Virus record (IMG/VR): IMGVR_UViG_3300008267_000033 | Location: 1 to 64,000 of that record | Length of the DNA stretch: 64,000 nucleotides | From: a virus | Lineage: Duplodnaviria > Heunggongvirae > Uroviricota > Caudoviricetes | Reading direction: 5' to 3' (one strand) | Shown: positions 1-10,456 of the stretch, piece by piece | Numbering within the stretch: position 1 is the first letter of the stretch | Layout of the letters: the number at the start of each line of letters is the position of its first letter | Made by a program: the position numbers and the translations under genes | The notes under the pieces: generated by a model | Database searches by the model: none | What the model saw: only the letters and a program-made list of their open reading frames with translations | What the model was told of the DNA's origin: nothing

Positions 1-703
1 GTGGTCAACAAATCTTGTGTATCAAGGTGGTGTTGCACTCAACTGCTTGGCCAATAGACGACTAGGAAATTACTTTGACGACATCTGGATCATGCCCAAC
101 CCTGGAGACGCCGGTAGCAGCCTCGGAGCCGCTGCTCTTGCTTATGGTCAAAGATTGCATTGGCACAATGCTTACCTAGGTCACAATATTCCTGGCGCTT
201 ATCCTGTTGACGATATTGTCCGCGGTTTACTTCACGATGGTATTGCGGGAGTGGCTAGTGGCCGTGCTGAATTTGGGCCCAGGGCACTGGGTAACCGGAG
301 CCTACTTGCTGACCCCCGCGTTGCAAAAATTAAGGATCAAGTAAATGCAATCAAACGCAGACAAAAATTCCGACCTTTTGCCCCTGTTGTTTTGGCTGAA
401 CTGGCTGGCAATTATTTTGATATGCCTAGTGGCTGGCATACTCATGACTACATGCAGTCAGTAGCTCGTTGCCGGTCTCCTGATGTTTATCCTGCTGTGT
501 GTCATGTTGATGGCACCAGCCGAGTACAAACTGTTGCGGCGGATGGGTCAGGAATAAGACAGTTGTTGGAAGCATGGCACGCCAAAACAGGTTGTGCCAT
601 GTTGTTGAATACCAGTTTGAACATACGTGGCGAGCCCATGGTCAATGATCGAGCAGATGCTGATCGATTTGAAATGCTGTATGGGGTAACGGTGTATTCA
701 TGA
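1..703 (+). CDS. carbamoyltransferase-family protein (NodU/CmcH-like), C-terminal part; 5' end lies upstream of the window
   Basis: ORF open to the window edge; GGVALNCLAN...PGDAGSSLGAA motif typical of the carbamoyltransferase C-terminal domain. Confidence 0.5.
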   Translation, partial: WSTNLVYQGGVALNCLANRRLGNYFDDIWIMPNPGDAGSSLGAAALAYGQRLHWHNAYLGHNIPGAYPVDDIVRGLLHDGIAGVASGRAEFGPRALGNRSLLADPRVAKIKDQVNAIKRRQKFRPFAPVVLAELAGNYFDMPSGWHTHDYMQSVARCRSPDVYPAVCHVDGTSRVQTVAADGSGIRQLLEAWHAKTGCAMLLNTSLNIRGEPMVNDRADADRFEMLYGVTVYS

Positions 704-1485
704 TCGAATCTACAAAAACTCGATATTGCAATGAATTTTGGTACCACAGCAATGATCTAATGATTGGTGCCAGTCTTGCACGGTACGGAGAGTACAGTCA
801 ATGCGAAATTGATTTTCTACTGAGTTTCTTAACCAATGATGCCGTGGTATATGATGTGGGGGCCAACATAGGATACCATACCACAGCATTTGCCACACGG
901 GTCAAACGTGTGTATGCATTTGAACCTCACCCAGGAAATTATGCATTGTTGGAAAAAAACACTGAGGAATTTGACAATGTGTTTTTAGGGCAGTATGCAG
1001 TGAGTGACCGCAGGACAACTTGTTACATTTCAGATTATGATCCTGATCAGATCAGCAATTTTGGTGCTGTCAGTGTTGTTGATGACACCACAGGAATTGC
1101 GGTCCGTGCCATTGATTTAGATACTGCTGGGTTGGACCTACCGGACTTCATCAAGATTGATGCAGAAGGACACGAATTACAAGTGCTACAAGGTTGCAAA
1201 CAAATCGTACAACAACATTGCCCTGTGATCTACTATGAAGCACATGAATCACGGCACCTTAGAGACATATACTTGTTGTTGAGTGAAGATAGATATAGGT
1301 TTTATTGGGCGCAAGTGAACAATTATAATCCTGCAAATTTTGCCAACAACGCAGACAATGTATTTGGAAGTAGTGGATTGATGAGTATTCTAGCCTGGCC
1401 TAGAACGCTGGGAGAATTGCCGATGACTCCTGTGACAGGCATGGATGACACTGCTGGTAGATTCTACGCCAACGGACATCCTTAA
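700..1485 (+). CDS. FkbM-family methyltransferase
   Basis: VYDVGANIGYHT motif (FkbM SAM-binding signature); start overlaps the upstream stop by 4 nt. Confidence 0.5.
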   Translation: MIESTKTRYCNEFWYHSNDLMIGASLARYGEYSQCEIDFLLSFLTNDAVVYDVGANIGYHTTAFATRVKRVYAFEPHPGNYALLEKNTEEFDNVFLGQYAVSDRRTTCYISDYDPDQISNFGAVSVVDDTTGIAVRAIDLDTAGLDLPDFIKIDAEGHELQVLQGCKQIVQQHCPVIYYEAHESRHLRDIYLLLSEDRYRFYWAQVNNYNPANFANNADNVFGSSGLMSILAWPRTLGELPMTPVTGMDDTAGRFYANGHP

Positions 1486-2510
1486 AGATAAGTTTCTAGT
1501 CCGCCACGTCTGCGGATGTCTTGTGTGCAACAACTGATACCGCCATCCCAGAAGTAACTGTGACGCAGTTCACTGATGATAGGGTCTATTCGATGCCGGC
1601 GGCAGTAGTCAAATACTTCTTTGTTGTATGCACTGAATATAACATGCGACTCATCCAGTACCAAACAGTTGACATCAAACACAGTTTCAGCAACAAAGCC
1701 AGTCCACTTGGTCAGATAAGTGTTCACAAAGTCTGAGAACTCTGCGGTAGGAGTTTGCCCTTGCACGTACCAGGCACCCGGTGATTGTTCATACTTGAAC
1801 TTGCCAACTTCCATGGCTGCCCAGATTGAACTATCCCAGATCTTGCAAACATCCCAACCTGGGAAGTCCGCAGCCAAATTCAAGTTTACATCATGCTTGC
1901 TTGACAACAACACACCTGGCTTGAGAATAGCAAACACAGCATCACCGTGCCCATCTGTAATGGCCTCGTGTACTCTATATTCAGCACCCAGCACATTGTC
2001 CACAATCCAACGAGTTTGATCTGGACGCAAGAAGTCTGAGTTATCAAAAAACACATCACGACCCACACGCACAATGCAACTTGCACTGGCGCCATTTAAA
2101 ATACAATCTGAATCCCATGAACTTTTATGCGGATTAACCACTGCATCGCCATATTGTTTGCAAATATTATCTAGCTCTGGCATGGCCAACACACGTAACA
2201 ATTTGTCGCCTAATGTAATCTGCCAATCTCTTGGGGTAAGTGGTGGCAAGGGTGCACCACCACCTTCAGTTTGATGCCAAATAAAACTGTCTTTGTCGGG
2301 CAAGTCTGGACGTTTGACCACAGCACCAAAACGTTCAATGGTCTTGACAAGATTGTCAAGATCTTCGTCAGTCTCTGCCAAGATTTGTTGCAGTTGATTG
2401 CGTACTTGTGCATTGTCTATAAAATCAAAGTAATCAGGTGTGTACGCACACCCCACAATGACTTCTTCAAGTGGTTGCCAGCTGGTATAGGAGTTAACGA
2501 TGTTGTTCAT
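1482..2510 (-). CDS. amidinotransferase-family protein (glycine/inosamine amidinotransferase-like), paralog 1
   Basis: N-terminal WQPLEEVIVG and C-terminal GGISCCTQDIRRRGGLETYL match the amidinotransferase WDPLEEVIVG ... GGFHCxTxDxRRRG signature, including the catalytic Cys. Confidence 0.55.
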   Translation of the reverse strand: MNNIVNSYTSWQPLEEVIVGCAYTPDYFDFIDNAQVRNQLQQILAETDEDLDNLVKTIERFGAVVKRPDLPDKDSFIWHQTEGGGAPLPPLTPRDWQITLGDKLLRVLAMPELDNICKQYGDAVVNPHKSSWDSDCILNGASASCIVRVGRDVFFDNSDFLRPDQTRWIVDNVLGAEYRVHEAITDGHGDAVFAILKPGVLLSSKHDVNLNLAADFPGWDVCKIWDSSIWAAMEVGKFKYEQSPGAWYVQGQTPTAEFSDFVNTYLTKWTGFVAETVFDVNCLVLDESHVIFSAYNKEVFDYCRRHRIDPIISELRHSYFWDGGISCCTQDIRRRGGLETYL

Positions 2511-3684
2511 TTATTTGCTCGATTAAAGTATTTAAACGTCCGGCCTTTGAGGACTGAAATAATTGTTGGTTGTATTCAATGTCAGCTCTGCACTGTTCAA
2601 ACAACTGTGGCAGATGTTGCTTGGCATCGTGTATGGCTTTTGTGAGAGTGATCCAACGCTGAGTGTGATTGTGTTCACAGTCGTAATCATTGTCTAAAAT
2701 GCCATCAAAAACTCGATAGCCAAGATCGCGTAATGCTTGCAAACTGCCTGCACCACCGGCTACAAAAAACATCTGTCCATGCTTGATGGGTTTAAAAGTT
2801 TTTTCAGTGATAAAACATCCATTGGACTGATCCACATCAAATTGGCTTTCCAACACAATATTGCAATAACTATTGACATGGTATTTGGGAATCAGCACAC
2901 TGTGATCGTTGCGTTGGTCAAAGTCCAATTCGTCGCTGATGTATGGTGCGCCGTCAAGAAATTTCTTGCGCTCATATCTCAATCGGGATATCATGTCAAC
3001 TTCAATGGGGCAATCGTCATCTGCGCCTGTGGCAGGTTCACAATAACTCCAGTATGAATTGTCTAACAATCCGCTTTGCCATAGATCAGCTATTGCAGTG
3101 GCCCGCCACCATTTGTGGATTCTACTCAAACAAGTAAAATCATGCTCTCTTGGTTGATTGTGTGCAGGCAATGGCGCCTGGTCAAGATTGCGTTGATAAT
3201 ACCATAATTCAAAGTCATGAAAAGTTACAAATCCAGGTTGTTTGGCAGCGGCTGAATTTGCACTGACAAACACATAGCAATCCATGGGCATGCTGTGTTG
3301 CTGGGCCAATGTGTCCAATCGATTTTTGATACGTGCAGGGTGGTCACCTTCGTGATAGTAAAACAACAATCGCAAATCACCCTGACGCACACGTTGTCGC
3401 ACATGGTCATTCAACAACTCAAAATAATCAATGTCAAAATCAAAAAAGCCAATGCCAATGGGGTAAAAGGTATTGGGAGGTAGCACATCATGTATGGAAA
3501 AAATGTTGATGGGCACTGAATGTTGTTCGCAGTATTCTTGCAGTCTCAATGGAGTGGTGTAAGGCCAGTGCTGTCCAAACTCACGCCAGGCCTGTGTGTA
3601 AGGTCTGGCCTGATGACGTGCCAGTGCAGGATATATTCTACCTTTGACCGTGGCATCTGCCACAAAATTAAGACTTAAATTCAT
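2494..3684 (-). CDS. GT10-like glycosyltransferase, paralog 1 (fucosyltransferase-type C-terminal motif)
   Basis: C-terminal LESQF..CFITEKTFKPIKHGQMFFVAGG...FDGILDNDYD resembles the GT10 FENS..DYITEKxW..AGxVPVVxG motif; five paralogs in the window. Confidence 0.4.
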   Translation of the reverse strand: MNLSLNFVADATVKGRIYPALARHQARPYTQAWREFGQHWPYTTPLRLQEYCEQHSVPINIFSIHDVLPPNTFYPIGIGFFDFDIDYFELLNDHVRQRVRQGDLRLLFYYHEGDHPARIKNRLDTLAQQHSMPMDCYVFVSANSAAAKQPGFVTFHDFELWYYQRNLDQAPLPAHNQPREHDFTCLSRIHKWWRATAIADLWQSGLLDNSYWSYCEPATGADDDCPIEVDMISRLRYERKKFLDGAPYISDELDFDQRNDHSVLIPKYHVNSYCNIVLESQFDVDQSNGCFITEKTFKPIKHGQMFFVAGGAGSLQALRDLGYRVFDGILDNDYDCEHNHTQRWITLTKAIHDAKQHLPQLFEQCRADIEYNQQLFQSSKAGRLNTLIEQINEQHR

Positions 3685-4831
3685 TCAACATATCCTGTAA
3701 TTCCTGCCATAGTATGGCTTCAAAGCCGCCATGATAAAAATGATTCCAATTGTGCTCAATAATTTCATGTGCAGAGTCAAATAGGTCTTGGCGATGTTCT
3801 TCCAACCCATCTAACATTTTTAGCACTTGTGCAATCTTTTCTATGCGCTTGGCATCATCTGGTTCATCATCATAGCTTTCGTCCCACAAGTGATCAAATG
3901 TTCGAAATCCATAACTGCGCAAATACCTCAAACTGCCTTGGGTGCCTACTATGATAAACGGCATGCCCATGGCAATGGGTTTGAAAGTTTTCTCAGTCAA
4001 GTGATGTCTGCGTCCTGTGGCCACAGTCTCAGTAACCAAGTATAACAAACTTTCAGCAGATTCATCAAACAAACTGAGCCAGCACGAATGCATGGGATGA
4101 CCAGTTTCACCTTCAAAGTTCCGGGGTAATGATTGTTGGGCAAACACTGTTTCAATGTCAGGGTACTTGTTTTTAAGAGGTTGTATGGCATCTAGTATAG
4201 CAATGTTTTCCGCAGGACACACAGAGGGACACGACACATGATTTTTAGACATGCCCATTTTAAATATCCAGTACAACATTTCCAATCTGTGCTTGCGTTC
4301 GCCTGCCACAATACGATTAGGTGCCAAGAACGTTCGTGTGATTGTTCGTTGAGCAGGTGGAGTAATCAAAAAAGTTCGATCATATCCACGGAACCAATCC
4401 AATGCTGCCCAGCCATGAAAGAAATAATAATAACTTTTCCAGTTGTATTTGTTGCACACAAACTCAACGGTGTCACTGTCTCGCTCGCTGGTAATAATGC
4501 TGCCAACCTGGTGATCAATTCTTAGCGGCTTGGTGTACCCAGCATCAAGGGCTATTTTGTTTAATTTGATTCGATTGGTACACAATTCATGAATATCTTT
4601 GTTTTTATCCACAACAGATTCAAAAGTGGGCAAGTGTATGTTCAAATGAATAGGCTCTTGATCCCATAATAGTGTATAATTGTGTTCGTGAGTAATATCA
4701 CTGCCATAATTAACTAGACTGTCAGGGTCAGTTCTGCCAAACGGCTCGCACCACCATAATCTTACTCTAGGATGATTTTTTTTAAGCCAAGGCCAAAATG
4801 TGTTGTTGTAAATTTCATCTATTCTAATCAT
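3668..4831 (-). CDS. GT10-like glycosyltransferase, paralog 2
   Basis: LTEKTFKPIAMGMPFIIVGTQGSLRYLRSYGFRTFDHLWDESYD motif shared with 2494..3684. Confidence 0.4.
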   Translation of the reverse strand: MIRIDEIYNNTFWPWLKKNHPRVRLWWCEPFGRTDPDSLVNYGSDITHEHNYTLLWDQEPIHLNIHLPTFESVVDKNKDIHELCTNRIKLNKIALDAGYTKPLRIDHQVGSIITSERDSDTVEFVCNKYNWKSYYYFFHGWAALDWFRGYDRTFLITPPAQRTITRTFLAPNRIVAGERKHRLEMLYWIFKMGMSKNHVSCPSVCPAENIAILDAIQPLKNKYPDIETVFAQQSLPRNFEGETGHPMHSCWLSLFDESAESLLYLVTETVATGRRHHLTEKTFKPIAMGMPFIIVGTQGSLRYLRSYGFRTFDHLWDESYDDEPDDAKRIEKIAQVLKMLDGLEEHRQDLFDSAHEIIEHNWNHFYHGGFEAILWQELQDMLNEFKS

Positions 4832-7457
4832 GTTTGACGTATTTTATTCAGGAAAGAAGCCAGGCCGTTTTGCGCATGAGCGTGAGGCTGATAGTATCGA
4901 GCATGCACAGAAGTTGAGTCGCACAAGGTATTTTTGGTGGATACACTACTTAGCGGACCTCAACACATGGGATTGGCTTTTTGAACCTGTTCCATGGCAA
5001 ACCGACCAACGGCATGCATGGCCCAATCAACATCAACCTGATTCAGGCGTGTACCTTGTGCCACGTGCAGGATACACAGACACAAACTATCACAGTGAGC
5101 TGACTATTCGTCACCAGGCTGATCAGTCGTGCTGGCATGTGCCCGATTACATAGATGCTGCCAGCATTGATACACAGTGGAGTCCTGACCCCATGGATCC
5201 GCCTTACGTGTACGAATTTCCAGTGGAATGGGGATGGGACAACATAGGGGGTCCGGAGTATCGAGTACCTGGCGCTGTTGAACGCAAGTTTGTGATGAAT
5301 TTTGTGGCACGTACTGTGCCCGATCACTCAGCATGGCATCAGCACTGCTCAGCAGACTTGCCACCGGAACTTGCCCGTTGGAGACCCAACCCTGCGGACC
5401 CACCCTATGACTATGTGTTCGGGAATCAGTGGCATTCAGCTGAAGTCATGCCCACAGTGGAATATCGTGTGCCAGGTGCTGTCAGCAAGAAGTACATGTC
5501 AGAACTCAAAGCCCAATTGCCTGCCCAACACACTGATCACTGGCACACTTTGATCGATTGTGACTGGGACTATAGTTGGATACCTGATCCAGGAGATCCT
5601 CCTTATGTGTATGTGTTTGGCAATCAGTGGTGGTCAGCAGAGAAATGGCCCACAGTGGAATATCATGTGCCGGGTGCTACAGAACGCAAGTACATGGATT
5701 ACCCACGTGCTTCATTGCGGACTGTGAACACAGGCTGGCGTGACCGGAGTGATCATGGTTATACATTTGACTGGACCTGGCAGCCTGACCCTGGGGATCA
5801 GCCTTACATCTATGTGTTTGGCAATCAATGGCATTCAGCACAAGTCATGCCCACCGTGGAATGGCGACATCCTGCAGCCACAAATGACTCCCCTGTAAAG
5901 TACATGGACTGGCCACGTGCTGTGTTATTGCCTGATCCAACACTATGGACCATACCCGACGGTGTGGATCATGCACAGATTGATTTTTCTTGGCGGCCTG
6001 ACCCTGGTGAACCACCTTACATGTATCAGTTTGCCACACAGCATCAAAAAACAGGTGGGCCTGTGTACACAGTACCGGGCGCCACAGAAACCAAGTATCT
6101 TGAAAACATACAGATCAAGATCGAAGCAGAAACTGTGCCCATTGTGGAAATAGATCACTTGGACGGTGCAGCAGGGCAGATTGCCAACACCATCAAACGC
6201 ATAAGATACTTTGACAACTATCGCGACACGCTAATTCGCTTGGCCAAGAGTCTGGTGGACCAACATGAATTTGTTTGGGTGTGCTCGAGCATTTGTGACT
6301 ACACTGATTTTGATTTCTCTTGGCATCCTGAACAGTGGCAGCAGACCATGCTGCATGTGTTTGCCAGTGATACCCAAAAGTTTGGCGACACGTTTTACAT
6401 GCATGTGCCTACATTTGCTGCTAGAGCTGAAAAGAAAGCATTGTTGGAATGGTACAGTGTGAACTTTGTCAAAATCACTGTGTCACGACGACCCATGCCG
6501 GTTATTGTACACAACAGTGACAGTCAAGTAGATGCAGTAAAAACAACGAACTGGGCAGGACCACTGGCCACATTTACCAACCATGACTATGTGCAGGGTA
6601 ATCTGGTGACTGTGCCACTATGGCGGCAAGACACCAAGACCATTGTGCCTGTTGGGAGTGGCGCAGGCACAGTAGTTGTTCCCAAGGTCGCTGTTCCCTA
6701 CATAAAGACACAGTTGTATGACTATGCTCACATAGACCGCACACAACGTATTTTGAAAGACCCGCCGTTGGACATTGTGTTCATCAGCAATGGTGAAATA
6801 AATGCTGAAATTTACTTTGAACATTTGGAATACACAGCCCACGACGCAAATCATAAGAATCTCATGCATCATGTGTCAGGCGTGAATGGTCGTGTGGCAG
6901 CATATCAAGCGGCTGCTAGACAGAGCACTACGCCTTGGTTTTTTGCTGTGTTTGCCAAACTAGAAGTCACTAGAGATTTTGACTGGTCCTGGCAACCTGA
7001 CCGTATGCAACAGCCCAAGCACTATATCTTTCATGCACACAATCCTGTTAATGGATTAGTGTACGGTCACCAGGCCATGATTGCTTACAACAAACGATTG
7101 GTGTTGGAGAACTCAGGTGCGGGACTGGACTTTACACTAGACCAAGCACATGAAGTTGTGCCTATTTGCTGTGGCACAGCCATGTATCATGAGTCAGACT
7201 GGATGTGCTGGCGCACTGCTTTCCGTGAAGCGATAAAACTAAAAGCCAGTTTACCTGATGTTGAAAGCGAGCACAGACTAAATCGATGGCTCACGGTTGA
7301 CTCAACAGAAGGTGGGTGGAGTCGCAAAGGTGCTGAAGATGGTGTGGAGTACTATGACTCAGTTGGTGGTGACTTTGCGGCGCTTAAGAAAAGTTATGAG
7401 TGGAACTGGTTGGCCACGTATGCGTTTGTCAAACGCAGTCTAACAACTGATCAATAA
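4830..7457 (+). CDS. large tandem-repeat protein (875 aa) with at least 7 copies of a ~65-aa unit, W-x-PDP-x-DPPY-x-Y-x-FGNQW-x-SAE-x-MPTVEY-x-VPGA
   Basis: Repeats read directly from the translation (DPPYVYEF, DPPYDYVFGNQWHSAEVMPTVEYRVPGA, DPPYVYVFGNQWWSAEKWPTVEYHVPGA, DQPYIYVFGNQWHSAQVMPTVEWRHPAA, EPPYMYQFATQ...); no known family recognised. Confidence 0.55.
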   Translation: MFDVFYSGKKPGRFAHEREADSIEHAQKLSRTRYFWWIHYLADLNTWDWLFEPVPWQTDQRHAWPNQHQPDSGVYLVPRAGYTDTNYHSELTIRHQADQSCWHVPDYIDAASIDTQWSPDPMDPPYVYEFPVEWGWDNIGGPEYRVPGAVERKFVMNFVARTVPDHSAWHQHCSADLPPELARWRPNPADPPYDYVFGNQWHSAEVMPTVEYRVPGAVSKKYMSELKAQLPAQHTDHWHTLIDCDWDYSWIPDPGDPPYVYVFGNQWWSAEKWPTVEYHVPGATERKYMDYPRASLRTVNTGWRDRSDHGYTFDWTWQPDPGDQPYIYVFGNQWHSAQVMPTVEWRHPAATNDSPVKYMDWPRAVLLPDPTLWTIPDGVDHAQIDFSWRPDPGEPPYMYQFATQHQKTGGPVYTVPGATETKYLENIQIKIEAETVPIVEIDHLDGAAGQIANTIKRIRYFDNYRDTLIRLAKSLVDQHEFVWVCSSICDYTDFDFSWHPEQWQQTMLHVFASDTQKFGDTFYMHVPTFAARAEKKALLEWYSVNFVKITVSRRPMPVIVHNSDSQVDAVKTTNWAGPLATFTNHDYVQGNLVTVPLWRQDTKTIVPVGSGAGTVVVPKVAVPYIKTQLYDYAHIDRTQRILKDPPLDIVFISNGEINAEIYFEHLEYTAHDANHKNLMHHVSGVNGRVAAYQAAARQSTTPWFFAVFAKLEVTRDFDWSWQPDRMQQPKHYIFHAHNPVNGLVYGHQAMIAYNKRLVLENSGAGLDFTLDQAHEVVPICCGTAMYHESDWMCWRTAFREAIKLKASLPDVESEHRLNRWLTVDSTEGGWSRKGAEDGVEYYDSVGGDFAALKKSYEWNWLATYAFVKRSLTTDQ

Positions 7458-8511
7458 CATACTCAATTTCCAAGTCTGTTAGTTCAGGATAGATAGGTAG
7501 ACTCAAACATCTACGTGCTAGGCTGCTGCCAGCACTCAGCAAGTCTGGGCTCTGGTAATGTTGATATGCTGGTAACTCATGCATGGGTGTTGCGTAGTGT
7601 ACCTTGGTTTCAACACCACGCAAGGCAAGATTACGTTGCAAGATATCACGATTGTCCACATGAATCACAAATTTGTGAAAACAGTGCTCATCAAAATTGC
7701 TGCTGTCAATCAAACAAGTGATATTAGGATTTTGTTTCAACATCTCTATCCAGTGCTGAGCAATGGTGCGTCTACGTTGTTGCCACTGGTCAATGTAGCG
7801 AGTTTTTACCAACATCTGCGCACAGTCCGTTTCGCTCATTCTACTGTTGGTGCCAACTTCTGCATGTTTGCTGTGTTTGCCATTGCTGATCCAATCCTGG
7901 GCAAAATCTCTCAAGCCAGCATTGGCAGTGATTACCGCCCCACCATTGCTATAGTTGGCTAGATTCTTTGTGGGATCAAAACTAATAGCACAATCGCCCA
8001 GCCGATTATTGTCATTGCTGAGCCAATGCTGTGCGCCATCTTCAATTATGAGATGAGTAAGCGGCCAAATACTGTTTCTCAATGCGTGAAGGGACTGCCC
8101 ATACAAACCTACACCGCATATGGCTTGAACATCTGTACCGTGTAACAGTTTGTCCATGTCCATCACACCATACCGATCAGTGTCCACAATGTGCAAGTTC
8201 CAGCCTGCTCGCACAAATGCATTCAGTGTAGCAGGATATGTTATTGTGGGCACAGCCACAGTGGGCGGTATAAAACCTGATCGTGATTGATACCATTCAG
8301 CAATGATTTCTAATGCTTGTGTACCCGAGTGACAGGTTATGGCATAAGGTTGGTGATTGCGTCGAGCCAGCCAATCTTCAAACTCATAAGTGTAGTTGCC
8401 GCTCATGAGAGATCCTGAACGCAACACTGTATCTGTTACATCTAAGATCTCGGTGCGAAGATTGTTATACTGTTTTCGGATTCCAGTAAACGGAATTGTC
8501 AAGCCACTCAT
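7429..8511 (-). CDS. DegT/DnrJ/EryC1/StrS-family PLP-dependent sugar aminotransferase
   Basis: N-terminal IPFTGIRKQY...AITCHSGTQALEI and ISFDPTKNLANYSNGGAVITAN, the DegT SFxPxKxL..GxGGxxxTN Lys region. Confidence 0.55.
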   Translation of the reverse strand: MSGLTIPFTGIRKQYNNLRTEILDVTDTVLRSGSLMSGNYTYEFEDWLARRNHQPYAITCHSGTQALEIIAEWYQSRSGFIPPTVAVPTITYPATLNAFVRAGWNLHIVDTDRYGVMDMDKLLHGTDVQAICGVGLYGQSLHALRNSIWPLTHLIIEDGAQHWLSNDNNRLGDCAISFDPTKNLANYSNGGAVITANAGLRDFAQDWISNGKHSKHAEVGTNSRMSETDCAQMLVKTRYIDQWQQRRRTIAQHWIEMLKQNPNITCLIDSSNFDEHCFHKFVIHVDNRDILQRNLALRGVETKVHYATPMHELPAYQHYQSPDLLSAGSSLARRCLSLPIYPELTDLEIEYVIDQLLDCV

Positions 8512-9436
8512 AATACTTCTTAAATCCTTGTTCTACATCCGTCTTGGGATCAAAACTCAAGATGGTTCGGGCACGATCAACATTCAGCGCACCGCGACTG
8601 GGAAAGTCTGCATCCCGGTCCTGTATCTCAATAGTACCCTTGCCCACAATCTTCACAATCATTTCTGCGGCTTCTAACAAACTTACTGAATGTGATTTAG
8701 TAATGTTGAATGTCATGTTGCGGCACATGATACGTGTGGCTGCGGAAACAATGCCATCAGCGGCATCATCCACATAGGTAAAGTCTAAGGTTTCGTTTGC
8801 TCCATTAACTCGGAGCACTCCGCCGCGCATTGCTGTGAGCATGAATTTGGCAACGACTCGGTCTTCAACATCAAGTGGCCCATAAACAGCACTGGGGCGA
8901 ATAATAACATACTCAAAACCACAACGGCGGCTATAATCTTTGACAAGGTCTTCTCCACATAGTTTCATTATTCCATACTGCCCTTGCGGGTGGCATGGAT
9001 CATCTTCCAACACATCATCTTCGAAGTTGCCGTACACCATGCTTGAACTGATGTACACAAACCGTTCAATTTTGTGTTTTTTGGCACTCTCAAGCAAGTT
9101 GATCAACCCCCGCATCATGACATCTGCACCCAGTGCAGGGTTGGCATTGACCACTTTCTGTCGGGGAAAACTGGCACAGTGAATGATAACTTTGGGCTTG
9201 TGCTCACCTATGAGCAAGTCCATGTCTGACTCATCAGTGATGTCGTAAAGGTAGATTGGTGTGTCTGGTGCAATCTTCTTTTCACGTTCTGCCATCAAGT
9301 AATCAATTTCTGCTTGTGGAATGATGCCATAAGTGGTTTTGGTATCCATGATCACAGTTTTCTCACCACGTGCTTGCAGTCGTGCCACTATATTGTGCCC
9401 AATGAGGCCTAGTCCACCTGTAACTAAAAATGTCAT
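8465..9436 (-). CDS. NAD-dependent sugar epimerase/dehydratase (extended SDR)
   Basis: N-terminal Rossmann motif FLVTGGLGLIGHNIV; about 320 aa; YxxxK region present. Confidence 0.65.
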   Translation of the reverse strand: MTFLVTGGLGLIGHNIVARLQARGEKTVIMDTKTTYGIIPQAEIDYLMAEREKKIAPDTPIYLYDITDESDMDLLIGEHKPKVIIHCASFPRQKVVNANPALGADVMMRGLINLLESAKKHKIERFVYISSSMVYGNFEDDVLEDDPCHPQGQYGIMKLCGEDLVKDYSRRCGFEYVIIRPSAVYGPLDVEDRVVAKFMLTAMRGGVLRVNGANETLDFTYVDDAADGIVSAATRIMCRNMTFNITKSHSVSLLEAAEMIVKIVGKGTIEIQDRDADFPSRGALNVDRARTILSFDPKTDVEQGFKKYYEWLDNSVYWNPKTV

Positions 9437-9759
9437 TTGAATTTCAATCTAAAAAATGTTTGATTTGGCTCGCTGAGTCGGGCCATGATTCGATATCGAT
9501 AGCCATAACTGCTGTGATCTATTTGACGCATCCAATAAGGCTTTTCCACAGCATGCTCCATCACAAACTTTCCTGCTTCACTGTCTTGCCATTCACTTAT
9601 GGGCTGCGCCGCATACAAGTCCGGATCTTCTACATCGCCCATGGAGAACTCATGTACGCAAATGTCACTAAAGCGCACTACGTGATCATCGATGATTTTG
9701 CATTCTGCACCCTGCCAGTGCATGGAAGTTTCATAAAGAAGGGTAGCTAGTGTTGACAT
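9433..9759 (-). CDS. hypothetical protein
   Basis: ORF track; colinear minus-strand block; no motif recognised. Confidence 0.3.
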   Translation of the reverse strand: MSTLATLLYETSMHWQGAECKIIDDHVVRFSDICVHEFSMGDVEDPDLYAAQPISEWQDSEAGKFVMEHAVEKPYWMRQIDHSSYGYRYRIMARLSEPNQTFFRLKFK

Positions 9760-9775
9760 GCAACATTGTAGCAGA

Positions 9776-10456
9776 TTACTCTGCTAAGGTCGATGCCATT
9801 GGGAAGATGGCAGCAATGGCTTTGGCGCAGGCCCGAGCAACGGCCTGGTGTTCTTTTTGTGTGCCGTTGTCTGATCGTAGTTCAATAAAGTGAATCCATG
9901 ATCTCAAGGTGCCATTCATGTACAGTCGGCTTGACATCATGCCTTCGGGCAGCACAGCACGAGCCTGTTCCTTGGCAATGCCATTTTTGATAGCCCAGTC
10001 GTAGGCTTCAATGGCTGCCATTTTTACACGTTGTTGAGCACGTTCCCACCCCATGGCCAAGTTACGTGCTTCGGGATTGTCCTGTACCAGCTCTATGCTG
10101 TTCTGTCTATTCGTGGTGTCTTGCAGTCGTGCTTCGCGTAGTACGAATTCAAGATCCTTTGTTGGGTCAGCATAGCGTTGCGAAAACTCTTGGAAGCTGA
10201 AACTTCTGTGACGGAGGATTTGCCGCGCAATATCTCTTGTTGTCGTAATTTCCATGCAAGCACTGACCATTTCAAGGGGGCTCCAGTGCTGGTGTCGAAC
10301 AAGATACCGGATAAGTTTCTCGCTAGTGTCTGTGTTGAATTGGTTGGAGGGATTGCTGACACGGGCGCAGTACGCAATGAGTTCTTGTGCATCTCCAATG
10401 CCTTGAGTTGCAAATTCCTGGGTAGGTTGACTATAGCTGAGTAATTTAGCATTCAT
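9776..10456 (-). CDS. thyX: FAD-dependent thymidylate synthase ThyX
   Basis: ThyX signature RHRSFSFQEFSQRY (RHRxxSxxxxSxR) in the 226-aa ORF. Confidence 0.8.
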   Translation of the reverse strand: MNAKLLSYSQPTQEFATQGIGDAQELIAYCARVSNPSNQFNTDTSEKLIRYLVRHQHWSPLEMVSACMEITTTRDIARQILRHRSFSFQEFSQRYADPTKDLEFVLREARLQDTTNRQNSIELVQDNPEARNLAMGWERAQQRVKMAAIEAYDWAIKNGIAKEQARAVLPEGMMSSRLYMNGTLRSWIHFIELRSDNGTQKEHQAVARACAKAIAAIFPMASTLAE

